Of a stretch of DNA of 54,194 bases, positions 27,349-35,292 are shown piece after piece; the first letter of the stretch is position 1, and each line of letters begins with the position of its first letter. The DNA is from a virus. The translations under genes were made by a program, and so were the position numbers. Location of the stretch: the IMG/VR virus record IMGVR_UViG_3300045988_120344, positions 1-54,194 of that record; one strand, 5' to 3'. The notes under the pieces are model-generated. The model saw nothing but the letters and a program-made list of their open reading frames with translations. It was not told the origin of the DNA and did not search any database.

Positions 27349-27611
27349 TAAACTTCCTCCCTTTTAAACCGGGTACCGTTATCACGAATACCGTTATTAT
27401 AGTTTATGTGTCTCTGCATCTGCTGACGCATATTTTCATCAAACTGCATTTTATCCATAAAGCTAGTGACTGCTGTTATTAAATCGGTACATTCTTCCAT
27501 AAGTTTTATGTACAAGTCAGCCGCTTGATTGGTGTCCGTGCAGCGCCTTAGCTTTAAATAGGCTTCGTTTATTTCGCCGTATTCTTCGCCAACTTTTAAA
27601 AGCTGGTCCAA
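27348..27611 (-). CDS. MazG-like all-alpha NTP pyrophosphohydrolase-like protein (TTG start)
   Basis: 87 aa; KVGEEYGEINEA ... LMEECTDLITAV pattern (EExxE...ExxD). Confidence 0.5.
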   Translation of the reverse strand: MDQLLKVGEEYGEINEAYLKLRRCTDTNQAADLYIKLMEECTDLITAVTSFMDKMQFDENMRQQMQRHINYNNGIRDNGTRFKREEV

Positions 27612-27660
27612 TCCGCATATTTAGGGCCGTTGCATGGCTTTGGTAACACTTTGTCAGCCA

Positions 27661-27876
27661 TCAGTATTCACCTCCGATTGTCGTAGTCACAGTGACTCCG
27701 GTTTTAGGATCCCTAAATGTCACCGGCGTTTTATCCAGCTTAAATCCTGTTAACTTAACATCAGCACTCATCATCTTTACTAGCTGTGCTGCTCTTTTAT
27801 GTACCTTTCGCATAATGTTTTTCTCAGCTTCAAATGGCGTCACGTCTTTAACATGACTGCGATTAAACTTATCCAT
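27661..27876 (-). CDS. Hypothetical protein
   Basis: 71-aa ORF; ATG overlaps the stop of the upstream small ORF (TAATG). Confidence 0.55.
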   Translation of the reverse strand: MDKFNRSHVKDVTPFEAEKNIMRKVHKRAAQLVKMMSADVKLTGFKLDKTPVTFRDPKTGVTVTTTIGGEY

Positions 27877-28037
27877 TATTTTCCTCCATATTCTTCAATT
27901 CTGGCCTTTATCGCCGTTATCATTGTTTCCTGTGTCACCTTTTTACCCTGCAATGCCTTGATAGCAAAAAGCCTATCATTACCATTCCAAGCTGCGCCAT
28001 TCCAAGCTGCGCCATTTCCTTTTGAATCTTTTTCCAT
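27876..28037 (-). CDS. Hypothetical 53-aa protein (below the ORF-track cutoff) containing a 15-bp tandem duplication
   Basis: Hand translation MEKDSKGNGAAWNGAAWNGNDRLFAIKALQGKKVTQETMITAIKARIEEYGGK; the DNA ccattccaagctgcg is repeated twice. Confidence 0.5.
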   Translation of the reverse strand: MEKDSKGNGAAWNGAAWNGNDRLFAIKALQGKKVTQETMITAIKARIEEYGGK

Positions 28038-28046
28038 AATTTTCAC

Positions 28047-28424
28047 CTACTTACACATCGATATAGTGAACTCATTTATGAACTCATATAGATCAATTGT
28101 TTGCAGTGTCTGAAACTCTACATCTTCATAAAGGACTAAATGGGATTCGTCATTCAAACTAACAATCATTGCTTTTGTATAATATCCTTGCCCATCATTT
28201 CTGATAAATACACAATCTTGATGATTTTCAGCGAAATGTTTTAACTTAGTAAAAGTCATTTCGTCATAGTCTTTTAAAAATTTATCTAATGCTTTACCTC
28301 TATCATCTGTTGCAAATTTTTGTATATCTAAAAAATCTTTTTGTTTTTCTGTGAATCCTTTTTGCTCATTCGCACTTTTAACATACGCTTCTCTATTGCC
28401 GATAGCCCCTACATAAAAGAAGCA
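28047..28424 (-). pseudogene. C-terminal portion of the second pentapeptide-repeat gene, in the -1 frame (track ORF 28047-28259 is its ATG-delimited tail)
   Basis: The frame is open from 28424 (CFFYVGAIGNREAYVKS...) with no start codon until 28259; YVGAIGNR matches YIGAIGSR at the equivalent position in the intact paralogue. Confidence 0.6.
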
Positions 28425-28867
28425 TCACTTAAATTAACATATCGCAAATCAGCCTCCTGTAAATTAGCTCCCAATAACTTAGCACTATGTAATTTAGCAC
28501 AGTACAAATCTGCATTTTGCAAATTTGTATCCCGCAGGTCAGTACCTCGCAGGTCTGTACATTGCAAATCCGCATTTCGCAAATCCGCACATCGCAGGTC
28601 TGCACCTCGCAGGTCTGCACATTGCAAATAAACACATCGTAAATCAGCATATCGCAGGTCTGCACCTTGCAGGTCTGCACATTGCAAATAAGCATTTCGC
28701 AAATCCGCTTTTCGCAAATCCGCGCCCCTTAAATACGCGTTGTACAAATCAGCGCCTCGTAAATCGGCACCATGTAAATTGGCTCTCTTACCACCATTTT
28801 CACTATTTACCCACTTTTTGTGTTTTTCAAGGATTTCATCTAATTCCTCTTTAGATATTTTTCTCAT
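28409..28867 (-). CDS. Pentapeptide-repeat protein (paralogue 2; start at ATG 28867)
   Basis: A(D/N)L(R/Q)xA(D/N)L repeats throughout; GGAGGAGG RBS ahead of 28867; ends at a TAG just after a TTTT run. Confidence 0.8.
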   Translation of the reverse strand: MRKISKEELDEILEKHKKWVNSENGGKRANLHGADLRGADLYNAYLRGADLRKADLRNAYLQCADLQGADLRYADLRCVYLQCADLRGADLRCADLRNADLQCTDLRGTDLRDTNLQNADLYCAKLHSAKLLGANLQEADLRYVNLSDASFM

Positions 28868-29450
28868 TTTCCTTTTCCTCCTCCGCACTTTTTAGATATG
28901 CCTCTCGCATACTTTCAAACATTTTTATAGCGCTCAAATATTCTATTCTATACCGTTGATATTCTTCATTTTCACTGTCAGCTGGATAAACCTTGTCTAT
29001 TCTGGCTTTAAACTCGGCTAACGTGCCACCTTGGTAATCATTCCAACAACCACAGCGAATGTTGTCGTAATCTACGAAACATATCGTCTCTGCGCCTCTA
29101 CTACCGATAGCTCCTATATAAAGAAGCCACGGTCTTTTGGCGCCTTGCAAATCAGCACTGTATAAATCAACATTTCTTAAATTAGCACATCGCAAATCAA
29201 CACATCGCAAATCTGCATGTCGCAAATTGGCACCTCTTAAATCAACATTTCTTAAATTAGCACATCGCAAATCAACATGTCGCAAATTGGCACCGTACAA
29301 ATCTGCACCTTGCAAATTCGCACATTGCAAATCAGCACTGTATAAATCAGCAAATCGTAAATCAGCTTGTTCACCGCCTTCCTCGTCATTTAGCCACTTC
29401 TTATGCTTTTCTAAAATATCTTGTAATTCCTCATCTGTTATTGTTCTCAT
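28851..29450 (-). CDS. Pentapeptide-repeat protein (paralogue 1) with a C-terminal non-repeat domain
   Basis: 199 aa; about 20 pentapeptide units (ADLRFADLYSADLQCANLQGADLYGANLRH...); N-terminus ITDEELQDILEKHKKWLNDEEGG is shared with paralogue 2. Confidence 0.85.
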   Translation of the reverse strand: MRTITDEELQDILEKHKKWLNDEEGGEQADLRFADLYSADLQCANLQGADLYGANLRHVDLRCANLRNVDLRGANLRHADLRCVDLRCANLRNVDLYSADLQGAKRPWLLYIGAIGSRGAETICFVDYDNIRCGCWNDYQGGTLAEFKARIDKVYPADSENEEYQRYRIEYLSAIKMFESMREAYLKSAEEEKENEKNI

Positions 29451-29475
29451 GATATTACCTCCATATCCCTTCTAG

Positions 29476-29781
29476 TTACCCCTTATGTCCAGCCTTTAGC
29501 CGGCTTTCCCAGCGTTCCCACTTTGGTGAGTTCTCTACCGTGCTATGGTGCGGCAAACAACCAAGCATTCTCAGTATCATACACACGTCTATTGCTTCTT
29601 CTTTTAGCTGCTCTGTTGCTTCGTGCTCTGACTTTGGCGTGATGTTTGAACTGTACCCTTTTGCACGTATCAGTTTTAAGCTTGCTTGTTCCAGCTCTCC
29701 ACATTCTTCTGCCAGCTGTTCCAGCAAATCACGCTCCGTCAGGTGCTTGTGTACGTAATACATACTATCAATCCCACTCAT
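29476..29781 (-). CDS. MazG-like NTP pyrophosphohydrolase-like protein
   Basis: 101 aa; LEQLAEECGELEQASLKL ... LKEEAIDVCMILRMLG (EExxE...ExxD). Confidence 0.55.
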   Translation of the reverse strand: MSGIDSMYYVHKHLTERDLLEQLAEECGELEQASLKLIRAKGYSSNITPKSEHEATEQLKEEAIDVCMILRMLGCLPHHSTVENSPKWERWESRLKAGHKG

Positions 29782-30277
29782 TATTCCTGCCCCCCTTTGT
29801 TAATTCTTTCCGTACCCTTCTTGCATCTTCGATTATGCCACATATAAAGTCCTCAAATTCATCATCATCATCTACATCGTGACACTCCGCCTTATATCCC
29901 AGATTTAATGTCATTGATAAAGCACTAACTACATTAACTTTAAATTCTTTATCAAAATGGTATGTGAAAATACCGTCACCGTTTTTTAGCAATGCAAACC
30001 CCAATATACCTGCAACGCTGTCATTATCCCCTATATGCATAAACGCTTTGTTTACACGGCTTTTTTCAGAACGACTATCTTTTTCAAGCTTAAATTCATT
30101 CTCTTTTTCCTCAGCGAATTTTTTAGCCATTATTATTTTTTTAGCCATTTTTATTTTTTTAGCCATTTTTTCATCTATTTTAGGCAGCTCATCTTCATAA
30201 CTGTCTAAAATTTCATTCATAAGTTTTTTAATCTGCTGTTCTTTAATTTTTCTCTGTAAATCTTTATCGTTCATCAT
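29768..30277 (-). CDS. Hypothetical protein with an internal MAKKI repeat
   Basis: 169 aa; MAKKIKMAKKIIMAKKF is encoded by three copies of ttttttagccat on the plus strand (30119-30172). Confidence 0.6.
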   Translation of the reverse strand: MMNDKDLQRKIKEQQIKKLMNEILDSYEDELPKIDEKMAKKIKMAKKIIMAKKFAEEKENEFKLEKDSRSEKSRVNKAFMHIGDNDSVAGILGFALLKNGDGIFTYHFDKEFKVNVVSALSMTLNLGYKAECHDVDDDDEFEDFICGIIEDARRVRKELTKGGRNNEWD

Positions 30278-30507
30278 TCTACAATTCCCTCCACTCGACT
30301 AACTGCTTCAGCTACTTTTTTTATAAACCTTTTCATTTCATCAGCTAAAATAATCGTTTTGCCTGATTTTAACCGCACATAAGTACAATCTTTTCCCATT
30401 AATTTGATACCGTATACAATCTCAATAGAGTTAGTATCTATCATGACATCATTGCCACAAGCTCCCTTAAACTTAACTAACGCCATTCTAGTATTATTCA
30501 TCAACAC
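30274..30507 (-). CDS. Hypothetical protein
   Basis: 77-aa ORF, start/stop coupled to its neighbours. Confidence 0.55.
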   Translation of the reverse strand: MLMNNTRMALVKFKGACGNDVMIDTNSIEIVYGIKLMGKDCTYVRLKSGKTIILADEMKRFIKKVAEAVSRVEGIVE

Positions 30508-30832
30508 TAACCTTCCCTGAACTTAAAATATAGTCAACCAATTTAGGGTTATCCCTGATAAGCATTAATATTCCAGCTGCTAGCCCATCAATATACCGTT
30601 CATCATGCTCGAAGCCATTACCCATCTGCTCATAAGTAATAGCATGTACCAGTTCGTGCATTAATGTTGTTGGTTTTATACCATTTCCAGCAGACTTGGC
30701 AATATTTATAAGTCCTTCCCAGTATTCTATATCTCCGATACATTTACGTCCGTCCACCAATATTGTTGCGTCTGTCTCTTTAATCATATATATAGTTGAA
30801 CCGACTTTTATTTTTTTTGGCATATTAAGCAT
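30494..30832 (-). CDS. Small HExxH protein (putative zinc metallopeptidase-like)
   Basis: 112 aa; single HELVH motif (TLMHELVHAITYE). Confidence 0.45.
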   Translation of the reverse strand: MLNMPKKIKVGSTIYMIKETDATILVDGRKCIGDIEYWEGLINIAKSAGNGIKPTTLMHELVHAITYEQMGNGFEHDERYIDGLAAGILMLIRDNPKLVDYILSSGKVSVDE

Positions 30833-30842
30833 TTAATCAACC

Positions 30843-31244
30843 TCATTTCTCAGGCACTCTCTTTTCTTTACAGAACTGTGGGAACATGGCCGGTGTTTTT
30901 GATAGTATCTGATATGCTGTCCCTTCTATCGGTATCCAGCCCGCAATCCTTATTCCGTCCGCAGTCAGCATTTCATGATAACCCCATTTAGGCTGACTTA
31001 CCTTAGCTTCCAGAGCTTCCAGCTCTTTAATACGCGCCTCGGCTTTATCCAGCTTTATGCTTGCTTCGAGAGTAGCTCTTCGATATTTTCGACCTTCGTC
31101 ATCCAACATATCAAGTTCTCTTTTTAAATCATTATTTTCATTTGTCAGCTGCGTTGCTGTCTTTTTTACTGCATCTAATTCAGCTGCCACCGCATTATAC
31201 TGCTTTTTCAGTTCGTCATACTTCCATAATCCTGAAATGTTCAT
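30843..31244 (-). CDS. Hypothetical coiled-coil protein
   Basis: 133-aa ORF. Confidence 0.55.
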   Translation of the reverse strand: MNISGLWKYDELKKQYNAVAAELDAVKKTATQLTNENNDLKRELDMLDDEGRKYRRATLEASIKLDKAEARIKELEALEAKVSQPKWGYHEMLTADGIRIAGWIPIEGTAYQILSKTPAMFPQFCKEKRVPEK

Positions 31245-31260
31245 GTTTCCGCTCCCCGTT

Positions 31261-31719
31261 TTATACTAAATCCAATGTGCTTTGTGCCCTGTCGCCATTA
31301 ATATAGCGCATGGCTTCGTCTGTCAGTAAATCAATATCAGTTTGTAATTTCTTATCATCGTTAGTTATTAGCCAAACTGGTGTCTTGAATTTGAAAATGT
31401 GCCCCCCATTGACGGGGATTGATACTTTTATTTTTACACCACGTCTTGAATCAACACCATCGCTATATTTTATAGTAACTTCGTCTGCTTGCCAGTTCGT
31501 AGATAAATCTGCCTGTTTATGTTCCAATTCGCACATCTTCAATGCATGTAATCCCATAGTCAGCATGACATTATAAAGCTCAGGGCGTGGAGTATCTTTG
31601 CTTTTAATTGTCTGACGCTCCCAGCCGTTTTCGCCTTTAGTTTCCCACCCGATTAAAATAACTTTGCCTTTTGATGTTTCCTGTATTTTTACGTTCAAAA
31701 TTCTAGTTGAATTTAGCAT
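31261..31719 (-). CDS. Hypothetical protein
   Basis: 152-aa ORF. Confidence 0.55.
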   Translation of the reverse strand: MLNSTRILNVKIQETSKGKVILIGWETKGENGWERQTIKSKDTPRPELYNVMLTMGLHALKMCELEHKQADLSTNWQADEVTIKYSDGVDSRRGVKIKVSIPVNGGHIFKFKTPVWLITNDDKKLQTDIDLLTDEAMRYINGDRAQSTLDLV

Positions 31720-31786
31720 TATTTTTCCCCCTGTTTAAAACAACTTTTAGCTCATTTTTATAGTCTTTCATTGTCTTTTATATTCA

Positions 31787-32395
31787 TCATGCTGCCCCCT
31801 CATCATTTACATGGCTAAAATCATGGTCAAAATTAACATGCACTTTTTCCCATAAATATTTTTCTATATCATCAATGGTGTATTTTTTTGCTGTCAACTC
31901 TTGACCAATTTTCCCCATTGCTTTTACCAGCCTGCATATCCGCTTTTCTCTGAACTCAAATACATCCATTACCGAAAAAATATATATCAATGTCATTTCC
32001 TCGATAACTCTCATCTTCACCTTTTGTTCGCGTGTTTTTAAATCCTTTATATTCATCCGGTAATATTTATATTTAGCTTCCTGTTTCAGCATTGTCTGCA
32101 AATCATCAAAAGTTACATAACCGCCACGAATACAGCTTGATGTTAAGGTTGCTTTCTGAAAGAATCTATCTATACGTTTTCTGCCAAAGCCATAAACTTT
32201 ATTTAGTGAATATATAAAGATTATTAGCGTATCAGCTATGGTCTGTTCTTCAATAGCCCTGTCATTAATTGCTTGCTTAAAATATTCAGCAGCTACCTGT
32301 TTTTTCGTCTTATTTTCAAGGCTATTTTTACATCTCATATTATGCTTAACTTGCTTGATATTTTTCCTGCTAGTTTTGCGTTTAAAATTCCCCAT
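31787..32395 (-). CDS. Hypothetical protein with an internal duplication
   Basis: 202 aa; IFIYSLNKVYGFGRKRIDRFFQKA and LIYIFSVMDVFEFREKRICRLVKAM look like two related repeats. Confidence 0.55.
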   Translation of the reverse strand: MGNFKRKTSRKNIKQVKHNMRCKNSLENKTKKQVAAEYFKQAINDRAIEEQTIADTLIIFIYSLNKVYGFGRKRIDRFFQKATLTSSCIRGGYVTFDDLQTMLKQEAKYKYYRMNIKDLKTREQKVKMRVIEEMTLIYIFSVMDVFEFREKRICRLVKAMGKIGQELTAKKYTIDDIEKYLWEKVHVNFDHDFSHVNDEGAA

Positions 32396-32424
32396 TTTTA
32401 CCTCTTTTCACTTTTATTTTTGCT

Positions 32425-32616
32425 TTAATGCTTGGCTTTTTTCTGCTGTTTTTCCAGCTCTTTAAGACTGAGATTCAGTCCCTTCAGCCTGCCTTTTAAA
32501 TCCCGCATGGTCATTTCGCCAGCTTTGTACTGGTTCATCACCTGCCGTCTTTTCCGCTGCACCTCGGTTATTTTTGCCTCGATTTCGGACAATTTCATGT
32601 CATGCTTTATAGTCAT
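32425..32616 (-). CDS. Hypothetical small basic coiled-coil protein
   Basis: 63-aa ORF. Confidence 0.5.
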   Translation of the reverse strand: MTIKHDMKLSEIEAKITEVQRKRRQVMNQYKAGEMTMRDLKGRLKGLNLSLKELEKQQKKAKH

Positions 32617-32734
32617 GCTAAAAATACCACCTTTTCGTTTTCTTTAAAATCAATTTTAATGCGTCTAGCGTTCGCTACAATCAAAAATTCATGCATTGCC
32701 CATATAGTTATATGCATAGTTGTTTTTAAACGCC

Positions 32735-33256
32735 TTAAATGGCTTGATTTTTACTTACCAACTCTTGGCACATTTTCTTGATTTGCGGGTCGGTTTCAGT
32801 TTTCAGGTCCACATCAAGCGCCCGCAGCGTGATTTCCGCTCGCGGATTTTCTTTGTCTATTCCCGCTATCCGGCAGCCATCAAGCGACTTTACCAGTCTG
32901 TCATCCGCCAGCAGCCATTTTTTAGCCAGCTGTTTTTTACGCTTGCCTGTAGCTATATCCGGCATCAAAGCGTATTCATCGCTTATTAAGTCCTGTGTGG
33001 CCTGTATCAGCCCGTTTAAATCCGGATAATGCGCCCGGTTCTTGAGATAATACTTTACTTCAAGTGCTACCGGTCCTATGAAGTGTGGCAGGTTACGAGC
33101 CTTCATGAGGTGTAACCTGAATACTTTCGCATACTCCCGATATGCTTTGCTTGGAAGTATCTCCGCCCTTCTTGCTATCATCACAGAGCTGTTTTTCTTG
33201 GTCGCCGGCTGGCCGTATACCGTTATTTTGTACTCGTTTATTTTATCTATCCGCAC
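32735..33256 (-). CDS. RusA-like Holliday junction resolvase
   Basis: 173 aa; ITVYGQPATKKNS..., PDLNGLIQATQDLISDE and LLADDRLVKSLDG match the RusA acidic motifs. Confidence 0.6.
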   Translation of the reverse strand: MRIDKINEYKITVYGQPATKKNSSVMIARRAEILPSKAYREYAKVFRLHLMKARNLPHFIGPVALEVKYYLKNRAHYPDLNGLIQATQDLISDEYALMPDIATGKRKKQLAKKWLLADDRLVKSLDGCRIAGIDKENPRAEITLRALDVDLKTETDPQIKKMCQELVSKNQAI

Positions 33257-33261
33257 GCTTC

Positions 33262-33819
33262 TTATCGCCTCGTTCCTAATGCCAGCTTTTGGGCGGTTGC
33301 GTTTATGAGTGACTGCACGCTTTTTGCTCCCAGCTGGTCAAGGATTTTTTTATTTTCTTTCCGTTCTGCTTCCCGTTCCAGCTCACTGTTATAGATTTTC
33401 ATGAACTGTGCCCTGGCCGTGTTTACCGCGTCACTTTTCAGCGTGAGTAAATCCATCTTGCCAAAACGCTTTACTGCTATCGCTATCTCTGGGCATGAGT
33501 ACTGCCACGGTCGGTAGTCTCCATTGCGCTTCGCATTTTCCATTGCTTCCCGCCACGCTTCGCCTGCATCCGGCTTTCCGTTTCTTGCTGCTGTCTTTTT
33601 TATGCTTTCGGCTGCTTCAAAGATTTCTGCTACCGTTGGGAAGAACTTGCACTTGCGCAGACATTTGGTAATACCGGCATTGATTTCCTCATAGCTTAGA
33701 GGCTCAAGTGCTTTGGCATAAAGGGCGAATGTCGCTCCGTCAGCTTTTGAGTACGGATATGCCTTGTTTACCAGCGTCAAGAGTTTCATCACTGCCTCAT
33801 ACTTGCTTGTCTTGTCCAT
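33262..33819 (-). CDS. Helicase-loader-like protein (G39P-like pattern)
   Basis: 185 aa; ...LRKCKFFPTVAEIFEAA resembles the loader/inhibitor of the G40P family; follows the replisome organiser. Confidence 0.4.
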   Translation of the reverse strand: MDKTSKYEAVMKLLTLVNKAYPYSKADGATFALYAKALEPLSYEEINAGITKCLRKCKFFPTVAEIFEAAESIKKTAARNGKPDAGEAWREAMENAKRNGDYRPWQYSCPEIAIAVKRFGKMDLLTLKSDAVNTARAQFMKIYNSELEREAERKENKKILDQLGAKSVQSLINATAQKLALGTRR

Positions 33820-34645
33820 CTTCCATCATCCCCATTTCTTTTAGTGCTGCCATGCCCTGCTTATAAAGCTCATCTGCATCAGCTTGGTTAGCTTGCCTAT
33901 GCTTTTTTCGACTGCTCTTGAACCCCTCACGCTCCCAGCGTTCCAGCACCTTGATGACGTACTGGATTGACCTGCCGCCATTAACAGCGGCTTCTTTGAT
34001 TGCCGCAAGGCACCATTGTTTCCCGTATCGGTCATAAACATCGTTCAGCTGCTCTAAAACAAGATTTCCCGCGAAAGGTTGCAGATTATCGCAAAAGGCC
34101 GTTACGACTTCACCGCGATCACCATCGTATAAATCTTGAACTTTTTCTTGACATTCTCCTGAAAATGGTGTATTAGCAGCAGCATCTAACCTATCCTTAC
34201 CTAACCTATCCTTACCTAACCTATCCTTACCTACGTATCCATCTTGTACACGGTTTGTATCCAAGTCCGTATCTTCTTTGGATACATCATGTATACATTT
34301 TGTATCCGATATTTCGTAAGCCTTTGTGTTATCTAGGTGAATGAAGTATTTTTCTTCACAAGTTGATGGTCTGTAACGGTCTTTTTGGATGTAGTTGTGT
34401 ATCTTCCAGTGCCTGATAACAATAACTCCACTCTGAAACGTCAGGATAAATTGTTTTGCAATCAAAATCCGCATATCATCATCACTGGCACCAATCATGC
34501 GCTGGATGCGCCTCGGGTTATTGATAAAGCCATCATCATCCGCCCGCATAGCAAGGTGAAAATAAAGCATTTGCGTCGTTGGCGGCATATCTAAAAATAA
34601 ATCGCTGTCAATCACTGATTTTGCAAACATTCTTCTTTCTGCCAT
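33797..34645 (-). CDS. Replisome organiser/DnaD-domain replication initiation protein (track ORF extends to 34699; ATG at 34645 has the RBS)
   Basis: N-terminus MAERRMFAKSVIDSDLFLDMPPTTQMLYFHLAMRADDDGF (phage replisome organiser N-terminal domain); C-terminal ...WCLAAIKEAAVNGGRSIQYVIKVLERW (DnaD-like). Confidence 0.8.
   Translation of the reverse strand: MAERRMFAKSVIDSDLFLDMPPTTQMLYFHLAMRADDDGFINNPRRIQRMIGASDDDMRILIAKQFILTFQSGVIVIRHWKIHNYIQKDRYRPSTCEEKYFIHLDNTKAYEISDTKCIHDVSKEDTDLDTNRVQDGYVGKDRLGKDRLGKDRLDAAANTPFSGECQEKVQDLYDGDRGEVVTAFCDNLQPFAGNLVLEQLNDVYDRYGKQWCLAAIKEAAVNGGRSIQYVIKVLERWEREGFKSSRKKHRQANQADADELYKQGMAALKEMGMMEDGQDKQV
34186..34230. repeat. Three perfect 15-bp tandem repeats (ctaacctatccttac), followed by dispersed GTATCC/GGATAC motifs up to about 34310; candidate origin iterons
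   Basis: Read directly from the sequence; encodes GKDRLGKDRLGKDRL in the linker of the replisome organiser. Confidence 0.85.
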
Positions 34646-34714
34646 GTTTCCTCCTTCGGCTTTATTTTTGCAGGCGGTTTCATTAATTTCCGCCCGCAAT
34701 TTTTAAAGCCTTTT

Positions 34715-35292
34715 TTAGTTTTTAAACAAAGGGTCAGTTGCCTTATTTAATTCCTCTTTGGTAACTTTGTGCCCTGGTTCATTTGGAATAGGTTCTGTCT
34801 TTATTTCGCCGGTTTCACGGTCAACATTTGGCGGTATTTCCTGCGCATTTTCCGCGTCAATTGTAGTAATATCCGGCTCATCTGCCATACTGTCACTTAT
34901 TGACGTTTTGATGGTTTCATCCTGCGCCATTGCCCGCACAAACTCAGTTTTAATCGGGGCATATTTTAACAGTTTTTTGATAACTGTTTTCTTGGCCATT
35001 TCGTCATAATTTGTTGACCACGGTGAGTAGCTGCTATTTGCAGCTTTACTGAATTTATTCTTATGCTTATTGATATCATCTTGGCTCATAACCTCGAACC
35101 CGTAGCCGCCGTTTTTAGTGTGATAAACGGCATAATATAAAATTACGTTTCCGCGGTTTTCAAGCGCTGGGATATGCTTAAGTTTCGGTGTTAAACCAAG
35201 CTCATATTCAAAGTTGTCATTTTCATAAACTTCGTGAGCTGAAATATCTGTTATTTCGCCGGACCTGTAAGCAAGATCTATAAGTCCCTTAT
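34715..35292 (-). CDS. recT: RecT-family recombinase, exon 2
   Basis: The frame is open from 35292 with no start codon: (Y)KGLIDLAYRSGEITDISAHEVYENDNFEYELGLTPKLKHIPALENRGNVILYYAVYHTKNGGYGFEVMSQDDINKH...; this continues exon 1. Confidence 0.85.

Noticed and set aside
27600-27660. Possible frame-split of the MazG-like gene: a 21-codon ORF (MADKVLPKPCNGPKYADWTSF) precedes the TTG-initiated 87-aa ORF in a frame offset by one
   Set aside because: No slippery sequence and no homology argument link the two parts. A TTG start for the 87-aa ORF is sufficient. It is kept only as a note in case assembly indels are confirmed elsewhere.
28440-29360. Highly periodic 15-bp DNA repeats (cgcaaatc.gca.at...) that look at first like a repeat array or CRISPR-like locus
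   Set aside because: The periodicity is the nucleotide image of pentapeptide repeats in two long minus-strand ORFs. There are no unique spacers and no constant repeat unit. The plus-strand and alternative-frame ORFs here (28341-28631, 28429-28695, 28525-28854, 29137-29475) are frame shadows of the same repeats.
30119-30172. Three copies of ttttttagccat spaced 17-18 nt apart, which could be mistaken for regulatory iterons
   Set aside because: They are in frame within ORF 29768-30277 (MAKKIKMAKKIIMAKKF) and are most simply an internal coding duplication. There is no adjacent DNA-binding protein context.
33841-34041. 66-aa minus-strand ORF nested in the replisome-organiser gene; likewise 11688-11909 and 12314-12532 inside the tape measure gene, and 9135-9332 inside the XkdQ-like gene
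   Set aside because: These are alternative frames inside well-supported genes, with no initiation signals.
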